From Lytechinus pictus (lineage: Eukaryota): a DNA stretch of 64,000 nucleotides. The stretch lies in contig NC_087251.1 in assembly GCF_037042905.1 (NCBI RefSeq), positions 15,502,001-15,566,000 on the forward strand, in the 5' to 3' direction. Both the position numbers and the translations under genes were made by a program. This document shows positions 38,559-50,062 of this stretch, one piece after another; position 1 is the stretch's first letter, and each line of letters starts with the position of its first letter. The notes beneath the pieces were generated by a model. The model did no database searches. It was not told where the DNA came from and was given only the letters and a program-made list of their open reading frames with translations.

Positions 38559-38991
38559 GAGCGAAGTTGGCTCAGTCGGTAACGCGTCTGCCCGTCGAAC
38601 CAAAGATCGTGGGTTCGAGTCCACCCCGGGCGGATGACTGAAGCCAATATATTTTGTGTGTAAACGTCTCTCCCATGTTTCATAGATGCAGGCTATGTTA
38701 CACTGGAAAACACTCCGTCCCTCGGATAGGACGTTAAATGGAGGCCCCGTGTCCCGGGCCCCGTGTAGAGGAGAATCACCACCTTTGCACGTTAACTACT
38801 ATTCGAATAAGAGTAAGGGGAAACCCCGGTGTAGTGGTCCACCTGCATTCCCCCAGTTATCGGGAGGAGAGACCTGCGGGTCACAGATCTGTGTGCGCGC
38901 CCTTGTAGGCGACCCAGATTGGCTGGCTCCTCCAATGCGTCTTTGACAGATACGTGGCGCTTTACAAATGCTGTGCATCATCATCATCATC
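38559..38991 (+). mobile_element. tRNA-derived SINE with Deu-domain-like core, inserted in the LINE inter-ORF region
   Basis: A box TGGCTCAGTCGG (38568), B box GGTTCGAGTCC (38612), core CCGTCCCTCGGATAGGACGTTAAA...CTATTCGAATAAGAGTAAGGGGAAACCCCGGTG resembling the DeuSINE domain as recalled, and a (CAT)n tail. Confidence 0.85.
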
Positions 38992-39353
38992 CCAGGGGAT
39001 ATAACTCAATCTTGAAGCATAGGATTCGTTTTGTTTTTGTTTATTAAAGCTTCTAGCTTTCATATTCCACTACGAATCGAACTTCTTACTATTTTGATGT
39101 TTTTTTTAATTTTTTTTTCTTCATGACACTTTTATACACTTTGCCTACCTGTAAATATGTTGCCTTGTGCATCATTGTATATATTTTACATATTTCCTGT
39201 ATTCCTCCTTCCTTTATTTCTCACCCTCTATACCTGTACATCGAGCACATGCATGCATTTACACTTTTCCTGTATGTTTATGTGCTAGCCAGCCAGTCCT
39301 ACCTGTATCATGTTGCACATCTCATGCTAATTCAACTTCCTTTTTGTTTTACA

Positions 39354-42300
39354 ATGGCTCAGTTTGAAGACGATATTTGTAATTTTTTTGAAGATAATCA
39401 CTGTAGTATAAATGGTAACATGCATAATGCTGTCCCTGATTGTAACTATTGCACAGAAAAACAGTTTTTTGAATTAGTTTGTAATACCAGAATGAGCACT
39501 GACCTAACTCTCCTTCATATGAATATTCGCAGCTTGTGTAAGAACTTTGATAATGTATTAGCATTCAGTAGTAATATCAACCCAGGGCTTGTCCCTATAT
39601 TGGCGTCTCTGAGACTGGGTTTTCTGGTGAAAATGATATGAATCTCTTTTCTATTCCAGGTTATGATATAATTTGTAATAATAGGAAAAATAAAAGAGGT
39701 GGTGGTGTTGCAATATATGTCCCTTCTCAGTTATATAGATTATCAGGTTTGTCATGATCTTAATTTAATGACCGATCATTTGGAAGCTGTATTTATAGAA
39801 ATTTTGCTTCCTGGTAAAAGAAATGTTGTTCTTGGAGAAATCTACAGACCTCCCCATGGTAATTTCACAAGTTTTATAGATGACATGCAAAATATATTGG
39901 AAAAAGCTTTGCTTTCTCATAAATCATTATTTTTGATGGGGGATTTTAACATAAATCTATTACACTGCAATGATAATGTTCACGTTGATGACTTCTTGAA
40001 CCTGTTAATGTCTTTTTCATTGTTACCCTTAATCACAAAGCCTATCAGAGTAACTGATACATCTTCCACACTTATTGATAATATTTTTAGTAATTTGCAA
40101 CCAGCTCCGTCTTCTGGAGTAGTAATTTCTGACTTATCTGACCACTTTCCTGTTTTTACTAAACTAGCTTTAGGACAATATAAGGATCCAAATATTTACA
40201 ACACCCATACTCGCCAAAGCAATTCTGAAAATATCGCTCGGCTCAGAGAAGCGTTAACTTCGGCTGATTGGAGTGACATACTCTCAGACCAAAGTGTTGA
40301 GAGTGCCTTTGATAATTTCATGAAAAAATTAATGGTTCTATATGACGAGAACTTACCTGTGATTAATTGTACAAATAAGAGTCGATTTAGAGTTCCACGT
40401 ATGCCGTGGATTACCAAATCTTTGTTAAACTCAATTAATAAGAAAAATAAGATGCATTACCAATATAAAAAAAACAAAGTCAGCATTTTTGTATAGGAAA
40501 TATTCAGCATATAGAAATACTTTAACTGCTACATTGCGTAATGCAAAAAAGCAATATTACTGTGCTCAATTCCAAGCGACTTTTGATAATATTAAGGATA
40601 CCTGGAAAGTGATCAGAAATGTTTTTAAAGCGCCACTTAAGGTTTCAAAGATAAAGCAGGTAATCATAAATGATCAAGGATGATAACAGTGTTATTGTAG
40701 TAGAGTTCAACAATTATTTTTGTAATATTGGTCCAAATTTACAGGCGGCTATTCCACCCTGTCAAAAAACCTGTGCTGACTTCTTGTCTGAGCCTACTTT
40801 GGAAAGTCTATTTTTTGCCTACAAGTGAGGAAGAGTTGACTGATGTGGTTAGATCTCTCAAAAGTAAAAAGAGCCCATCGCAGGCTGTGATAATATTAAA
40901 AATGAACTTATTAAACATGTTATTGTAGGAATCTTGACACCTCTTACTCACATCTTTAATCTTTCAATGTCAAATGGCATTGTGCCTAGAAGCATGAAAA
41001 TTGCAAAAGTTGTGCCAATTTTTAAGAAAGGCAACCCTGAATTGTTGACCATCGTCCAATTTCTTTGTTGACATCTTCATACAATTTTTCAAAAAGTCAA
41101 ATATCTTTTCGAATTTTCAATTTGGGTTTTGTGAGAAGCATACAACTACACATGCCATTTTGCACTTTGTTGATAAGGTTGCCACTGCCTTGGATAATTA
41201 CTTGAGCACAATTTATTGGTATATTCTTGGATTTTTCTAAGGCTTTTGATACAGTTGATCATAAAATTTTGCTACATAAGTTATCCCATTATGGAGTGAG
41301 AGGTGTTGCCCTTGAGTGGTTTAGGAGTTATCTCACTGACAGGAGACAATTTGTATCTTTGAATAGAATTAATTCCAGCTTGCAAACTGTTACATGTGGT
41401 GTACCTCAGGGGTCTCTTCTAGGACCTCTCTTATTCATACTGTATATAAATGATTTTCAAAATTCATCAAACAAATTATCTTTTATTTTCTTTGCTGATG
41501 ATTCTAGTGTATTTTTTTCACATAGGAATCCTCTAACCCTGATAGAAACAGTGAATTGTGAATTGGAGAATGTTATCTTGTGGGTTCAAGCCAATAAATT
41601 ATCACTTAATTTTCAAAAGACAAATTATATGCTTTTTAGCAATTCCTTAAAAATGCTGCCTGGCAATGTAATGTTTAATAATGTCTGTCTTGAAAGAGTA
41701 ACCTCAACTAAATTTCTTGGGTTATTTATGGATGAGAAATTGAACTGGAAACTTCATGTAAATCATTTTTGCAAACTGTTGTAAAAAATACCGGTGTTAT
41801 ATACAAGTTGAGACCAGTTTTCCCTATAGAAATTTTATTTATATTATATTCCTCATTAATTGTTCCTTACTTAAACTACGGTGTGCTTGCCTGGGGCAAC
41901 TCACTTAAAACGGAATTGCAAAAATTATTCATTGTTCAGAAGAGAGCTATTAGAAGTAGGGGAAGGCGGGGTAAGTTGAGCATAGGGGCAAGTTGAGCCA
42001 CCACCCCCAGGCCAATAATGAATGAGTCAGACATTGTGGTGGTGTCATGTATTGATGACCCATTACATAACCCTTTACCCCACCACATTGTTTTCGATTT
42101 TGAAACAAAAAGTACTTTTTTTAGGGGGGGGAATACAAATTTTAGCCAAAAAAGTAAAAAAGGATGTAAAAAAGATAAGTGCTTTTTACCCACACACGTC
42201 TTAAAATATAATAAAGAAATAAGAACAATATTGGTAGTCCAGGTATAGATCTTCATTCTTGTCACAGTCTTTTACATGATGGATGCATAAGAAATGTGTG

Positions 42301-43164
42301 GATGTGAAAATATCGCATTAAGTTAGGACTGGGGTACTTTGAGCCAGCTAACATGGGGCAAGTTGAGCCATGGTAATTTGTATGGTAATGTATAATAAAA
42401 AAAGAAACAAACCTTGAATAGTCATTGATATACAGGCAGAAAGGTGCAAATTCACATGACAGTTCTATTACTTTAGAGGATGTTAGTATTTATAGAGAAA
42501 TAGCAAGTGAATAGACTTGAAATAAAAAATTGACATGCTGGTTCTTCCCACATACATTTTGTACACAGTTTTTGTGGCACAACTTACCCCACATATGGGG
42601 CAAGTTGAGCCATTTGACATCGGTTTTTTCAAAGGTCACAATTAATTTCAGTGTGGGGGTAGAAAATTATATATAGGTGAAAAATATTTCCCAAGAATCA
42701 AATTTAAAGGCAAAGTACTTATTTCTACAATATTATTAGTCATATCAATTCTAACATGCAAAATGCAAAAAGTGTCACAACTTACCCCGTCTTCCCCTAT
42801 ATGTAATGTCAGTTATCGTGCCCATACAAATGTTTTATTTCATGACAATCACTTATTGAAAGTGGAAGATATTTACTTTATGCAGCTAGGATCTCTTATG
42901 TATGATTTTGATTCAGGAAGTCTCCCTTCAGCCCTGGCACTGATATTTAAGAAAAATAGTCAAGTACACAATTACAATACTAGACAATCTTCCGCTCTCC
43001 ATATATCTCGTACAAGAACAAAGTTCACTTTGGGCACTCTAGTTTGCACTGGACCCAGGTTTTGGAATGCACTTGACCCTGACATTACACATGCTGTCAG
43101 TTCTACAGTGTTTAAACGAAAATTGAAATCTTATTTACTGAGTAACTATGGAAGTGATTCGTAA
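39354..43164 (+). pseudogene. LINE ORF2 (APE endonuclease + reverse transcriptase), frameshifted and interrupted
   Basis: Motifs HMNIRSL, EIYRPP, MGDFNINL, TLIDNIF and SDHFPV (endonuclease); [30 protein letters not shown] and FADD (RT). Spread over several frames with stops. Confidence 0.92.
41959..42797. mobile_element. Non-autonomous Tc1/mariner(pogo)-type DNA transposon inserted in LINE ORF2
   Basis: TA target duplication (41957-41958, 42798-42799) and TIRs GGGGAAGGCGGGGTAAGTTG / CAACTTACCCCGTCTTCCCC. Removing it restores the frame QKRAIRSICNVSYRAHTN. Confidence 0.92.
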
Positions 43165-44259
43165 AGTCTATTTTTCGTGTGTTGTTTATCAGTTAATGCT
43201 AAATTATCAATACGTTTCATCCCCCCCCCCCTTTCCCGGGCCTGGCTGGTCTCTGTCCTCATGTCCCCTTTTTTGTCCCTTTTGTACATAAATGTGTCCC
43301 TCTTCTCTCCCCGCCTCTCTCTTTAGTTATCATATTATATTATATTGCCATTTATGTGTTGTTTATCCAATGTTCTTTGAATTCGTAATGAGGAACCTTG
43401 ATTTACAAGCATTGCTTCACTTAGGTCTCCTCGTCTTCCTTTAAAATTATTTCTTTTCTGTCTTAAGCTGTATAATGTATTTAAAAACAATGTTTTCTGC
43501 ATACTCTGTTTTATGTATACCTGTATGTTTTATCATGTACTCTGCTCATTGTTTCATACACACTTGTATGTTTGTCATGTATTCAAACTCAAAGTTGGAA
43601 GACAAATAAAATGAACTTATGAACTTATAACTTATGTTGAATCATCTTATTTCATAATCACGTGAAAAGGGGGCAATCGAAGACCACCTTTTTTATGTAT
43701 TTATGAAAAATATCCATGAATATAATTATGTAGTAATACCACTTTTTGAAAAGAATAAATGCGACCATAAAGCACATAATATTTGTTGGCACACCCTTAA
43801 CGCCTATACGGGGGGGGGGCGAGGGCCCCCTCAGAATACGCGAATGCGTGTTTATCTATCAAATTTCACATTTTAATTATTTCACTTTATCTATTTACTG
43901 AAATATGCGTTTCACATGACTACCTGATACTCTAGTAAACTTTTCTGTTTACAAAAAAAAAAATTAAAAAGAAATGCATAAATATCAGAAAAGAAATTCG
44001 TCACATGAAATGATGCATGAAATATTCAACATAGATTGAGCCGAGCCGGGAACCGAGTTAGCTTAAACACTTGAACATTCAATCAACTGCGTAGCCAGGA
44101 TTTCATTTTGGAGGGGGCGGTAAATGCACGCAAAGCGTGCCAACACTTATAGAGCGCGCGAAGCGCGCTCCCTAGGGGGTGGGTGCAGGGAGGGGGAGTT
44201 TCCCCCTCCCGCGCAAAGCGCGAAGCTTTTGGTGTTTCATAAATTAAAATGAAAAGGAG

Positions 44260-44390
44260 CAGTGGCGTACCTAGGATTTTCCACAGGGGGGGCAAAACCG
44301 TCCGCCAAAAAATTTGACAAGCAAAAAAAAAAAAAAGAAAAAAGGTCTTCGATCACAAATGAAGAATTTCGTACCAGAAAAAAATTGACA

Positions 44391-44421
<31 letters not shown>

Positions 44422-44589
44422 GGTCTTCAAGCTCGTCAGGGGGGCATTAAAGGTCTTAAAGCTCGTCAGGGGGGGCAAAAAAGGTTTTTCAAGCCCGTCA
44501 GGGGGGGGGGGGCAAAGATACGTTTTTGCATGGGTTGTGACTCGTCAGGGGGGGGGGCAGAGTGCCCCCCCCCCGTAGGTACGCTAGTG
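44260..44589. mobile_element. hAT-like MITE with perfect 8-bp TSD
   Basis: AAAAGGAG at 44252-44259 and 44590-44597; ends CAGTGGCGTACCTA / TAGGTACGCTAGTG. Confidence 0.88.
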
Positions 44590-45531
44590 AAAAGGAGCCT
44601 TGTCTCTAGTAGCTATATTAGCTCCAATTCAGTTGACTATATTATATTGTGGTTTTGAACCTTGTTTTCATGAACCTTGTTTTCAAAAGTGATTGTGAAC
44701 GCACAAAAAAGGAATACAATGGAGGAAATTAATATAATAATAACCCCGCGCGAAGCGCGGAAGCTGAAGCGTTTTATCAATTTTTTTTGCCATGAAAAGG
44801 GTTACTTCCCTTGGAAAGATCAGATTTGATTACAAACAATTTAGCGACAGTGCACATATTTAACTCGCAAAACAGAGGAGAAGAAGTGTATATGCCGGGA
44901 GGAAGATATTCATCCCCGCGCAGAGCAATGAAACTCTGGAATTTCAAAGAGCGGACGTTTCATCAAATGCAGATATCTCTAATACCCCATCGCCTCTAAT
45001 TCAATTGATTTTCTAAGATTATTGAACTTCATTACAAGGAAAATAGTGCGCCAAAAGTTGAAACTTCTGTGATTTATATTGAAATTATATAAAAAAGGAT
45101 GCCTAATTTCTTTGACTTAACCTGATGAAGCGCTTCATTTTGAATTATAAAGAAACTTAGGTGTCATTCAAAATTTCAAACTGAGGGCGCAAAACAGGAC
45201 AGGAGATGAATGTGCAGGGAAATGACATGAAGTTTAATAGAATTTAATAAAAAATATTGTACTTTTTTATTTAATACGACACGAATTTTATACCTTCCTC
45301 TTTTAAAATTAGGAACCTGTTTGCCCCGAAATTATGGTTGTTTAGTAATGAGCTGAAAAGCGGGAAAAGTTGACTTTATGGAGGTGACGGCAGAAATTGA
45401 TATAAAGATTTTACACGCCCGGAGCCGACCCGAACAGAAGTTGCGCGATCAATTAAAAAAAAGATAACTTCATATACTTCGGCCTAACCTTACTCTAATT
45501 CCATGCCCTAATGTATTCATTTGAACTTTAA

Positions 45532-46118
45532 AGGAGAATGAAACTCTTGGAGCAAGTTAGCTTTTGTGAAAGCAGAAAAATCAAAGAATAAGATCAACAA
45601 AAGTTTGAGTAAAATAGGACTAGCAATAGAAGAGTTATGAGCATTTGAATGTCGAGATCACTAATGCTATGGAGATCCTCCTATTGGCAATGCGACCAAG
45701 ATCTATGATGTCACAGATGAACTCTCCCCTTTTGGACACTGAAAATATACCCCAAAACATATCTTTTTGCTCATTCTAATCATATGACAAACGATTTATC
45801 AATGATATAATGTTGTGAAACCTCTGTACTTGTCCTCTCATAAAGAGAACACCTCACCTTGTGATAGACTCTATAACAGTGAGAATATAAGTGAAATAAG
45901 TACTAAAGTAGGCCTAATGAGGGAGTTGTACGTGTGTGACATCACAGATCTTGGTCGCATTGCCAATTGGAGGATCTACATGGCATTAGTGATCTCAATA
46001 TTCAAATGCTCATAACTTTATTATTATTCATTCAATCTTCCTCAAACTTTCAACAATATGTTTCTTTGATTTTTCTCTTTGATATGGATTCAGCTGGTTT
46101 CAAGGGTTTCATTCTCCT
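45532..46118. mobile_element. TTAA-flanked MITE nested in a hAT-like element
   Basis: TTAA|AGGAGAATGAAAC ... GTTTCATTCTCCT|TTAA. Confidence 0.88.
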
Positions 46119-46439
46119 TTAACTGGCAAGAAACGCATATAGCTGAGGTGGAAAAACAGTGTTGGGAAACAATGGAGAACTTCAGTATTGTCATTTAACC
46201 GCGCGCAGCGCGGAAGCAAAATTCCAAAATTCATATATAAATTTAGAGCAAGAGTGAAGGAGTTTCTTTTGAGAAAAAAAAAGAATAAAAAGAAAGAAAA
46301 AAAAAATACCTTTCCTCCCTTCCCTTTTCCTTTTCTCATCTCTTTTTTTCCCTTCTTTTTTTTCTTTTTGGGGACGTTCTGGGGGGCGACCGCCCCCACC
46401 GCCCCCCTGGCTACGCGCCTGCATTCAATCAGAGGCCAA

Positions 46440-46704
46440 AAAAAGTCGTGGTGAGAGGGGAGAGAACCAAAATCTGTCTCCGCTGCTCTAGCGTCATCTA
46501 GAGGGTAAAGTTTTACAACGTGACAAGAGCTACTGGTATCAGCTGCGCTGAGCTAGCTAGATAGCTAGACTCTCCTAGAGCTAGCTAGAGGCGAGAGCTA
46601 GAGCGAGCGAGGAGGGGGGAGATTGAGTGATTGACCGGCCCTAGCCAAAGATTGTACCGGTATCTTTGCTATAGCGGGAGTAAAAAAAGCCGACGGAACA
46701 TAAT
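46440..46704 (+). promoter_or_regulatory. Probable promoter and non-coding first exon of TMEM229B
   Basis: CpG- and GAGA/CTAG-rich unique stretch ending in a donor-like AT|GTAAGA at 46704/46705, upstream of the 49446 acceptor. Confidence 0.45.
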
Positions 46705-46969
46705 GTAAGACTTTGCATTTTAAGCGTAAAATTATTACCCTTTTCTTTAATTTTGATGTATTTTGTGCTGTTCAATTAAGTGTTATCCGTTTAATTGCCA
46801 GTGACGGTGTCTTTGTATTTGTAGTTTTTTGTACCGAAATATGTTAAACAACAAGCACTTCACAAGGCCCAAGACTGACAAGTCGGTGTTACCTGTCTCA
46901 CCGACAACACAGACGAGAATCGTCGGCTTACATCCCGCTGCCGTACACTCGGGTATAGGGTATCGTGCT

Positions 46970-47483
46970 AGACCAAAAGCTTCGGTCTCTGTTAATTGGT
47001 TGTTCCGCTGAACTAGTACGTTGGCTCCACTCACACGTATTGCGAGGTTAGTAAGTATACTAAGTAACCTCGCACCATGAACCGTGTTTGGCAGTGGATT
47101 TCTAACTAGTGCCACTGGCACTAGTGGGTCGCGCGTGCTGCGATCCCACTTCTGGTGTCCACAACACACGACTTCTATGGCTTGATTTTTCTGTGCGCGG
47201 CGGCATGTAATGAACCCTTGAGTGCGTTGGCTCCACTCACCAAATACACAGACCGAAGTTCTAGTGCGATCTGTACAGGGGACTCAATGGCCATATGTTT
47301 ATGTACTTAAGCTTGGATAAAACGGGGAAGTGAAGTTGCGCGACAGCCGAAGTAAATCACTGTTTTTCCCCTTTTAAGTTTATTTTTCGCCGTTTTTGGT
47401 GCATTTCAGGCCAAAACAGAATAATAATCTCTATTTTGGTTCAATTCTTTTTCAATATTTTTATGAAATAAAGACAAAAATCG
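46970..47483. repeat. Interspersed repeat, long copy with a hairpin-rich internal segment
   Basis: Same as 17157-17475 plus about 190 bp between 16-bp direct repeats. Confidence 0.8.
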
Positions 47484-47727
47484 ATGTGCCCCGTCGGGGG
47501 TATTTTGCATTGTTCACCCCCTAATGGTGGCTGCACGATAGCGAGCCGTCTGTGTACGAGGAGAAATAAAATTTTTTTTTTAAATGTCGAAAAACTCCTC
47601 GAAACAGACGGCTGCCAGCTGTCTAGTATTGTGCATGCACGCCGAAGTCGGTATGCTAGTATAATTTAGCCTAATGACAATGTCAATGAGTTAGGTCCCA
47701 GAAAGGGTTGGAATTAAAGATATTTCT

Positions 47728-47899
47728 GGGTGGTGTTTCATAAAGCTGTTCGTAAAGTTACGCACAACTTTACGCACGACTGGAACCTGTTCTTAGGCAC
47801 TAAATCAGTTACATAGAGATATCCTTTAGCACAAGAAATGGTCACCAGTCGTGCGTAAAGTCATTCGTAACTTACGAACAGCTTTATGAAATGGGCCCC
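47728..47899. mobile_element. Short palindromic MITE
   Basis: TTTCATAAAGCTGTTCGTAA / TTACGAACAGCTTTATGAAA and CTTTACGCACGACTGG / CCAGTCGTGCGTAAAG. Confidence 0.8.
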
Positions 47900-48620
47900 T
47901 GGGGTGTATGATTTTAAGCAGAGCAGGTTTTGACGTGTTGTGTAAAGATTGCTAATGTCACTGAAATATACGGTATACCAGTATGATCGTTGGGGGCCCT
48001 AAACTACTACACACACGCACTTTGTTTACAAACGATAAACAGTAACAGTACACTTAGTAACAGGTTAGGCCTAACTGTTAATGTTTGACAATAGAATAAG
48101 ATAAGGGGTCTAGAAGTAGAACTAACGTTAGACCTAGAACCCTATGTCAATTTTAATATTTGAACAAATTTTCTTTCACTGATTTGTGGTAAATATTCTA
48201 AAGATCCTAAGTTCTTAACCAAGAAGATAATATCACAAAACTCACTAATTCGGGAAAATCCCACCGTGTTTTCCGAACACCTCTTGATCAGAGACTCCAA
48301 CTCTCCCGCCGAAAGCCCTTTTTCACAAATCCTAGCCCTTGATTTATCATGTAAAGAAATAGTATTTCCAATTTCTGTGCCTCATTTTCTAAAATATGTT
48401 CATAATATTATAGGAAAATATGAAATTAAAGCGAATAGACTATAACTCTAAAATTACTGGGTTTTTTTTCTGCATTTAGTGATTTATTGCAGCCTCTGTA
48501 GAAAAATTGAATAGGAATTGTTTGTTACACTGCAGCCATAGTTCCACACATAGAGTGCGCATTTTGCCATTGAAATTGCATGCGAGATGAGTGTTGCGTA
48601 GCTTCAGGACCCCTACCATA

Positions 48621-49180
48621 CGGTATATGATATTGATAAGTGTATGCAGGGACGGATCCACGGTATATGATATTGATAAGTGTATGCAGGGACGGATCCA
48701 CGGTATATGATATTGATAAGTGTACGCAGGGACGGATCCACGGTATATGATATTGATAAGTGTACGCAGGGGCGGATCCACGGTATATGATATTGATAAG
48801 TGTATGCAGGGGCGGATCCACGGTATATGATATTGATAAGTGTATGCAGGGACGGATCCACGGTATATGATATTGATAAGTGTATGCAGGGACGGATCCA
48901 CGGTATATGATATTGATAAGTGTACGCAGGGACGGATCCACGGTATATGATATTGATAAGTGTATGCAGGGACGGATCCACGGTATATGATATTGATAAG
49001 TGTATGCAGGGGCGGATCCACGGTATATGATATTGATAAGTGTATGCAGGGGCGGATCCACGGTATATGATATTGATAAGTGTATGCAGGGGCGGATCCA
49101 CGGTATATGATATTGATAAGTGTATGCAGGGGCGGATCCACGGTATATGATATTGATAAGTGTATGCAGGGGCGGATCCA
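48621..49180. repeat. 40-bp minisatellite, 14 near-identical units, in the TMEM229B 5' intron
   Basis: Unit CGGTATATGATATTGATAAGTGTA(T/C)GCAGGG(A/G)CGGATCCA; only two variable positions. Confidence 0.98.
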
Positions 49181-49558
49181 AGATTTTCCAAAAGGGGGAC
49201 ATTTTCCCGAGGAAAAATTTGACAAGAAAAGAAAAAGGAGACCGAGCCTGGCTTTAGTAAAACAAGATGCTCAATATTCTCAATCACACAAAGACAGAGC
49301 ACAGTCTGGCAGCATCATCAGAAGCCTTCTCAATCTCGACAAGTCTAGCTTGTACTAATAATGTTAGCAGGGATATCCATGGAAGTCTTGCTCACCCATT
49401 ACATGTATGTACTAATTGTTTCTTTTTTTTGTTCTTACTCTGCAGAATCAAGATAAAAACCTGTCCAGTGGTAGCTCCACTTGGTTTCACTCCATGATAT
49501 CAAAAGACGAGCAAGTGCATCTCCACTAAAGACACACTTCCAGTTTGATTTATTAACC

Positions 49559-50062
49559 ATGTTAGACCAAGGTCCTTTGTCGATGTGGATGCGCTTCTAC
49601 ATCTATGCAATCCATGGCTACTTCAGTGAGGTGATGTTCACTGCTGGATGGGAGTTTGTCGTCAACCAGAATTGGAAGTTTCCAGGAAATACAAGTGTTT
49701 GGTCTCTGTTCATCTACGGTGCTTCCGGCTTGGTTCTGGAGCTGTTGTACAAGCATATGAAGGGTAGAGTTCCTCTCATCCCACGTCTTCTTATCTACTC
49801 AACTTGGGTCTATATGTGGGAGTTCTCGGCAGGGCTTTTTCTGACACAGTTTAACGCTTGCCCCTGGGACTACACCCCATTCGAGTGGGATTTTCTAGGA
49901 TTAATAACACTGGAGTATTTCCCCTTTTGGATGTTAGGTACCCTTATGAACGAGAAGATACTGATGAAGCATACACTGAGGCTACACTTTGTGGATACTC
50001 CAAATGCTGCAAATACAGAGCAAGTTTTGCGTTCTAATGGATGCAAGAAGAAGGCAAAATGA
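49559..50062 (+). CDS. TMEM229B: Transmembrane protein 229B, single coding exon, 167 aa
   Basis: MLDQGPLSMWMRFYIYAIHGYFSEVMFTAGWEFVVNQNWKFPGNTSVWSLFIYG...WEFSAG...FNACPWDY...LITLEY matches the motifs of human TMEM229B as recalled. It follows a pyrimidine tract and acceptor TGCAG| at 49445. The ORF-track start (49481) is a TTG; the first in-frame ATG is 49559. Confidence 0.95.
   Translation: MLDQGPLSMWMRFYIYAIHGYFSEVMFTAGWEFVVNQNWKFPGNTSVWSLFIYGASGLVLELLYKHMKGRVPLIPRLLIYSTWVYMWEFSAGLFLTQFNACPWDYTPFEWDFLGLITLEYFPFWMLGTLMNEKILMKHTLRLHFVDTPNAANTEQVLRSNGCKKKAK

Larger units (their letters stand above)
38295..43636 (+). mobile_element. 5'-truncated, inactivated CR1/L2-clade non-LTR retrotransposon
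   Basis: ORF1-like C-terminus KVEAAWSADGRIMAALK... stops at 38455. ORF2 has an APE endonuclease and an RT. The 3' UTR ends in AATAAA (43605-43610) plus a tandem (ATGAACTT)n tail. Confidence 0.88.
44084..46421. mobile_element. hAT-like non-autonomous element with perfect 8-bp TSD, carrying two nested MITEs
   Basis: CATTCAAT at 44076-44083 and 46422-46429; ends CAACTGCGTAGCCAGG / CCTGGCTACGCGCCTG. Confidence 0.8.

Noticed and set aside
48476..49302. Three overlapping 225-249 aa minus-strand ORFs; CRISPR-like look
   Set aside because: Artefact of a stop-free 40-bp tandem unit. The repeats are contiguous with no spacers, there are no cas genes, and the context is eukaryotic.
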